Shown: positions 60,011 through 64,000 of the stretch, one piece after another | How the letters are laid out: each line of letters begins with the position of its first letter | Position numbering within the stretch: position 1 is the first letter of the stretch | NCBI RefSeq assembly: GCF_009914755.1 | Contig: NC_060927.1 | Length of the DNA stretch: 64,000 nt | From: the human T2T-CHM13v2.0 reference genome, Homo sapiens | Reading direction: 5' to 3' (one strand) | Made by a program: the position numbers and the translations under genes | The notes under the pieces: generated by a model | The model's database searches: none | What the model saw: only the letters and a program-made list of their open reading frames with translations | Told to the model about the DNA's origin: nothing

Positions 60011-61516
60011 CCTCCTTCTTTAGGTCCAAAGTAAATATAAAAAATTCATTTTCTAATAATTTTTTTCAATGAGGTTTTAAAATCCTGTAGGTACTCTTAA
60101 TTCAGAAAAAAAAATCCCTAGGTGGATCAGATTGTAATTTCAAATTATTATGGATAATATTCATCTATTCAGTACCTTATGTTATATATTAAATAGTTAA
60201 ATGATGAGGTCTACATTTTAATGTAGGGACTTTTTACTATACTTCACCTTTGATGAGTCCTAGAGTTTATGATCTGTTATCCATGAAGCCATCAGAGTGG
60301 ATCCCGAGAAGTGAAGTGGATCTCTAGTACAGGACAATGAAGTTGAACTCAGAAAATGGAAGAAGATTCCAGGAAAAAAAGTAGATTTTGGAGATCACTT
60401 TCCTCATTTTCATTCACTTACCTACTTTCCCAACAAATGTGTCTCTGCAGATTCCTTATTACCATAACAGTTCAGCAATGCCTTTTTATGTTTCACTTAA
60501 CACATTTATTTCTTCTCATTGGGGAAGATCATTCCCGGTATCTAGTCAGCCATATTGAAAAAGACATTAGCTGATATTTATTTATTTATAAGAAAAATGT
60601 CACTTGAAACTCTCCTTCATCCCAGGATTTCTGTCTGTCTAAAAACTGTTTCTGTCCTACCTTAGAATGTAGTTCTAAAGGTTAATAGTGTAGTTTTATT
60701 TTGGAGTGGCCAACTTAATTGACATGGCCAGGGAGATCTCTGAAGAACTAAGAAAGGGCAAAATCATTTTATTATTTATGTTAGTGGAGGCACGTATAGA
60801 CTATTCTCCCAACTATTTCCTATTTATATTTCTACCTCCTCATCCATATAAAATAAAAATCATAAAATTAAAATTTAAAAGAAGTAATTAAATGATGTAC
60901 AAGTTACCACCATGAACTGAGGTAAAAAGGCTAGAGTTTATTAGGATAAACACAAGTAAATAAAACTGATACTTTGGCCATTGTTTGGGAAGGGAGCTGG
61001 TTGTGATTTCACAAAAAATCAAGGCTAGTATTTCTAAGGCTGCATGAACAGGAAGCCATAAACTCAAACTTTGGTGAAAAAAAAATTCTTTAAGTCTTGG
61101 TACCTAAAGAAACTTTAATCAGTACATGTTGGTTCAATTGGATTTTGAGCATGATTAAAAAACAGACACTCTGGGCCCTATTCATATTCCAGAGCTCATT
61201 GTGTTTTCCATTTGATTTAATCTGATGAGAGACTATGCTTGGCCAGCTGCAAACAGCATGTTAAGAATTATTTTCAACTTAGTTGATAAGGTACATTTTG
61301 GGGGTGGGGAAAAGAGATACTTAGGCTGAGCTTACATGAGATTTATCACCTGCTAAGCTCCACGGTATAAAATAACACCCTGAGCAAAACACTGACTTTT
61401 TTTTTCTTCACCAATTTTATGCCTATCATCCCTCACAAACATTTAAAACTCACCTCATTCAAGTAATCCTATATTTGGTCTTTTCTTTTTCTTCTAGATT
61501 CATTGTAGAAAAATAG

Positions 61517-61913
<397 letters not shown>

Positions 61914-62640
61914 TAACTTTAACTTTTCTGAAAATAGACAAAAAATAATTATGCATGTCTTGTCTATCTATTTATGATGTCTGATATCATGCATTCCATA
62001 AATGTTGTTGACCAATAACATAAATATGACTCAAATTCATATCTTGTTTTTATTACATCAATGTTTAAATGTCCATATAAAACTTTAAAAATTAACATAA
62101 TGTAGATAATTAAGGTTGGAAAGTGCATCTTCCAAAGCACATTATACTTTCCAAGTAAACCCTTAGACATGTAAATTCTAATTAAAATGAGAAAAAACTG
62201 TTTCTTCAAGGCTTTGAAATTTTTAATTAATCTTTGTATTTAAAAACTATTAATAATCACTTTATGCAATTATTTTTAACAGTATTTTCAAATTAGGCAA
62301 TTAAAATAATTTAATGAACCAATTTAAATTATGTTTAGCATAAGTGGTCTAAAGTAATGTCTAAAACAATGTTATTATGCATAGTGATAAATTAATAATC
62401 ATAAATATTTCTAAAATCTGTTATGTGTGGGAAATTATAAACAGACCTGGAGCAAAGGCTGTGGGATATAGAGGGATGATAAAGCTAGATAGATGGGGCA
62501 GTTGATTGATGAAGATCTATGCATGCAATGAATTCCTAAGATGTTTCAGCAGCTTGTGTTCATTGATGGCCTCTTATATGTTAGAAATTTTACTAATGTA
62601 AATATGCAAGAGATGTAGGCTTAAATATTAAGAAAGGGAA

Positions 62641-62994
62641 TATCTTGGTCCACAGGCTGCTACAACAAACTACTATAAGCTGAGTATCTTATAAATAACA
62701 AAATTTACTTATCATAGTTTTGGAGGCTGAGAAATCCAAAAATAAGGCAAATTTGGTATCAAGTTTTGGTACCTGTTTTCTTGTTCATAGGTAGTACCTT
62801 CTCACTGTGTCTCATATGATGCAAGGAGCTAGCTAGCTCTCTGCAGTCTCTTTTATAAGAGCTCTAATCCCAATCATGAGGACTTTGCCCTCATGACAGG
62901 ACCTCCCAAAAGCCCCTACTTTCTAATAACATCACTTTAGTGGTTAGGATTGTAACATATTAATTTGGGGAGCCTTAATATTTATACCACAGCA
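62641..62994 (-). mobile_element. MLT1A-like solo LTR
   Basis: aggctgctacaacaaac...ttttggaggctgagaaatccaa...ctaatcccaatcatgagg...acctcccaaaagcccc...accacagca. Confidence 0.85.
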
Positions 62995-63489
62995 TGAAAT
63001 GACTTAATTAGTTTTAAAATATTTATCTAGAAACCATTTTAAGAATTATTTAAAAGTAATTGTGGAATAGAGAAAGATTGACATTAGATAAAAGTAATTA
63101 GCCTATTATAATATTTTTATTTAAAGGATAAATTAGTCAGTAGCTGATAGAATTGTATAAGTGCCTTAGGTTTAAAAAGCATTCCAGAAATAGAATGGAT
63201 AGTGCTGGTTGACTGATTTCAGATGGGCAAAATGATTAGACTAAGATTGATTTCTTAGTGCTAACAGCAAGAATTATGACACAATAACATATTTTTTCAA
63301 CCTACCAAAAAGAAGTTGACAAGCTTCCAATACATAAAAGGAGTAGACTGTTGATGAGCTGTGATAGATTTGAAGTTTTCTATTTTTTATCAATAAAATT
63401 CTATTTTTCAAGTAAAACCTAGTGGGTAAAATAGATAAAACAGTATTTTATTAAAATAATTTTCTTATATGCATTCAAATTTGCTTAAA

Positions 63490-64000
63490 AAACAAGAATT
63501 TACATTTTTTATTAAGAAACCTGTCAAATACTAAAATGAAAATTCATTAGCTATAATTGAGAGATGACCAGATACAATAAAGCAAAGTATCAGCAAACTT
63601 AAATGTTGGCCAATAGTATTTTCTCAAGTCAAAATTAAAAAAAAACAAAAAATAAATAATAAAAAAAGCAGATCCTAGATTACCTCTGGGATTGTATTAA
63701 GCTTCCTGATATATGTATAACTGGAGTCCTAGAAGAAAATGAAAATAAGAAAAGGGCAGTCAAAATACAAACAATACAGTAGTCAAAGTTTTTCATACTG
63801 TAAATAGATAGATAATATTCGCAGATTTTGGAAACTCACCAGAATACAAGCAAGATAAATAGAGAGGAAACCATTCCTAAGAGAAGAGAAAAACCAAACT
63901 GCTAAACCATAAAGCTATGGAGACAATGTTAAAATTAGCCAGAGAAAAAAGATACATAATACACAGGAAAACAGCTATAGAGGGTAGAACTGAAGATAGT
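63490..64000 (+). mobile_element. Ancient L1M ORF1-region fragment running off the window
   Basis: ggagtcctagaagaaaatgaaaa...agccagagaaaaaagatacataatacacagg resembles the L1M ORF1 C-terminal region. Confidence 0.6.

Overview
AT-rich, CpG-poor primate genomic DNA. AluY copies imply a catarrhine, probably human or ape. I found no recognisable host protein-coding gene, RNA gene or CpG island. Roughly 55-60% of the window (estimated by eye) is decayed LINE-1, including a near-full-length L1PA15/16-like copy (+), a full-length L1PB1-like copy (-) and a long L1MA-like copy (-). The rest is Alus, MIR/L2 relics, MaLR and MER21 LTRs, hAT MITEs and two piggyBac MER75 MITEs. Nearly all ORFs in the track are broken L1 ORF1/ORF2 pieces, Alu read-through or chance ORFs. 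I found no evidence of a new coding system. The most unusual signals are structural: (i) two templated insertions (about 435 bp and 60 bp) inside one L1PB1, both copied from about 2.1 kb to the right; (ii) an inverted pair of low-copy MER75 elements 22 kb apart; (iii) multi-level nesting with readable target-site duplications (TSDs); (iv) a 38-bp young L1 tail with no TSD; and (v) a few strong + strand splice signals. Subfamily names come from recalled consensus sequences and need RepeatMasker/Dfam confirmation.
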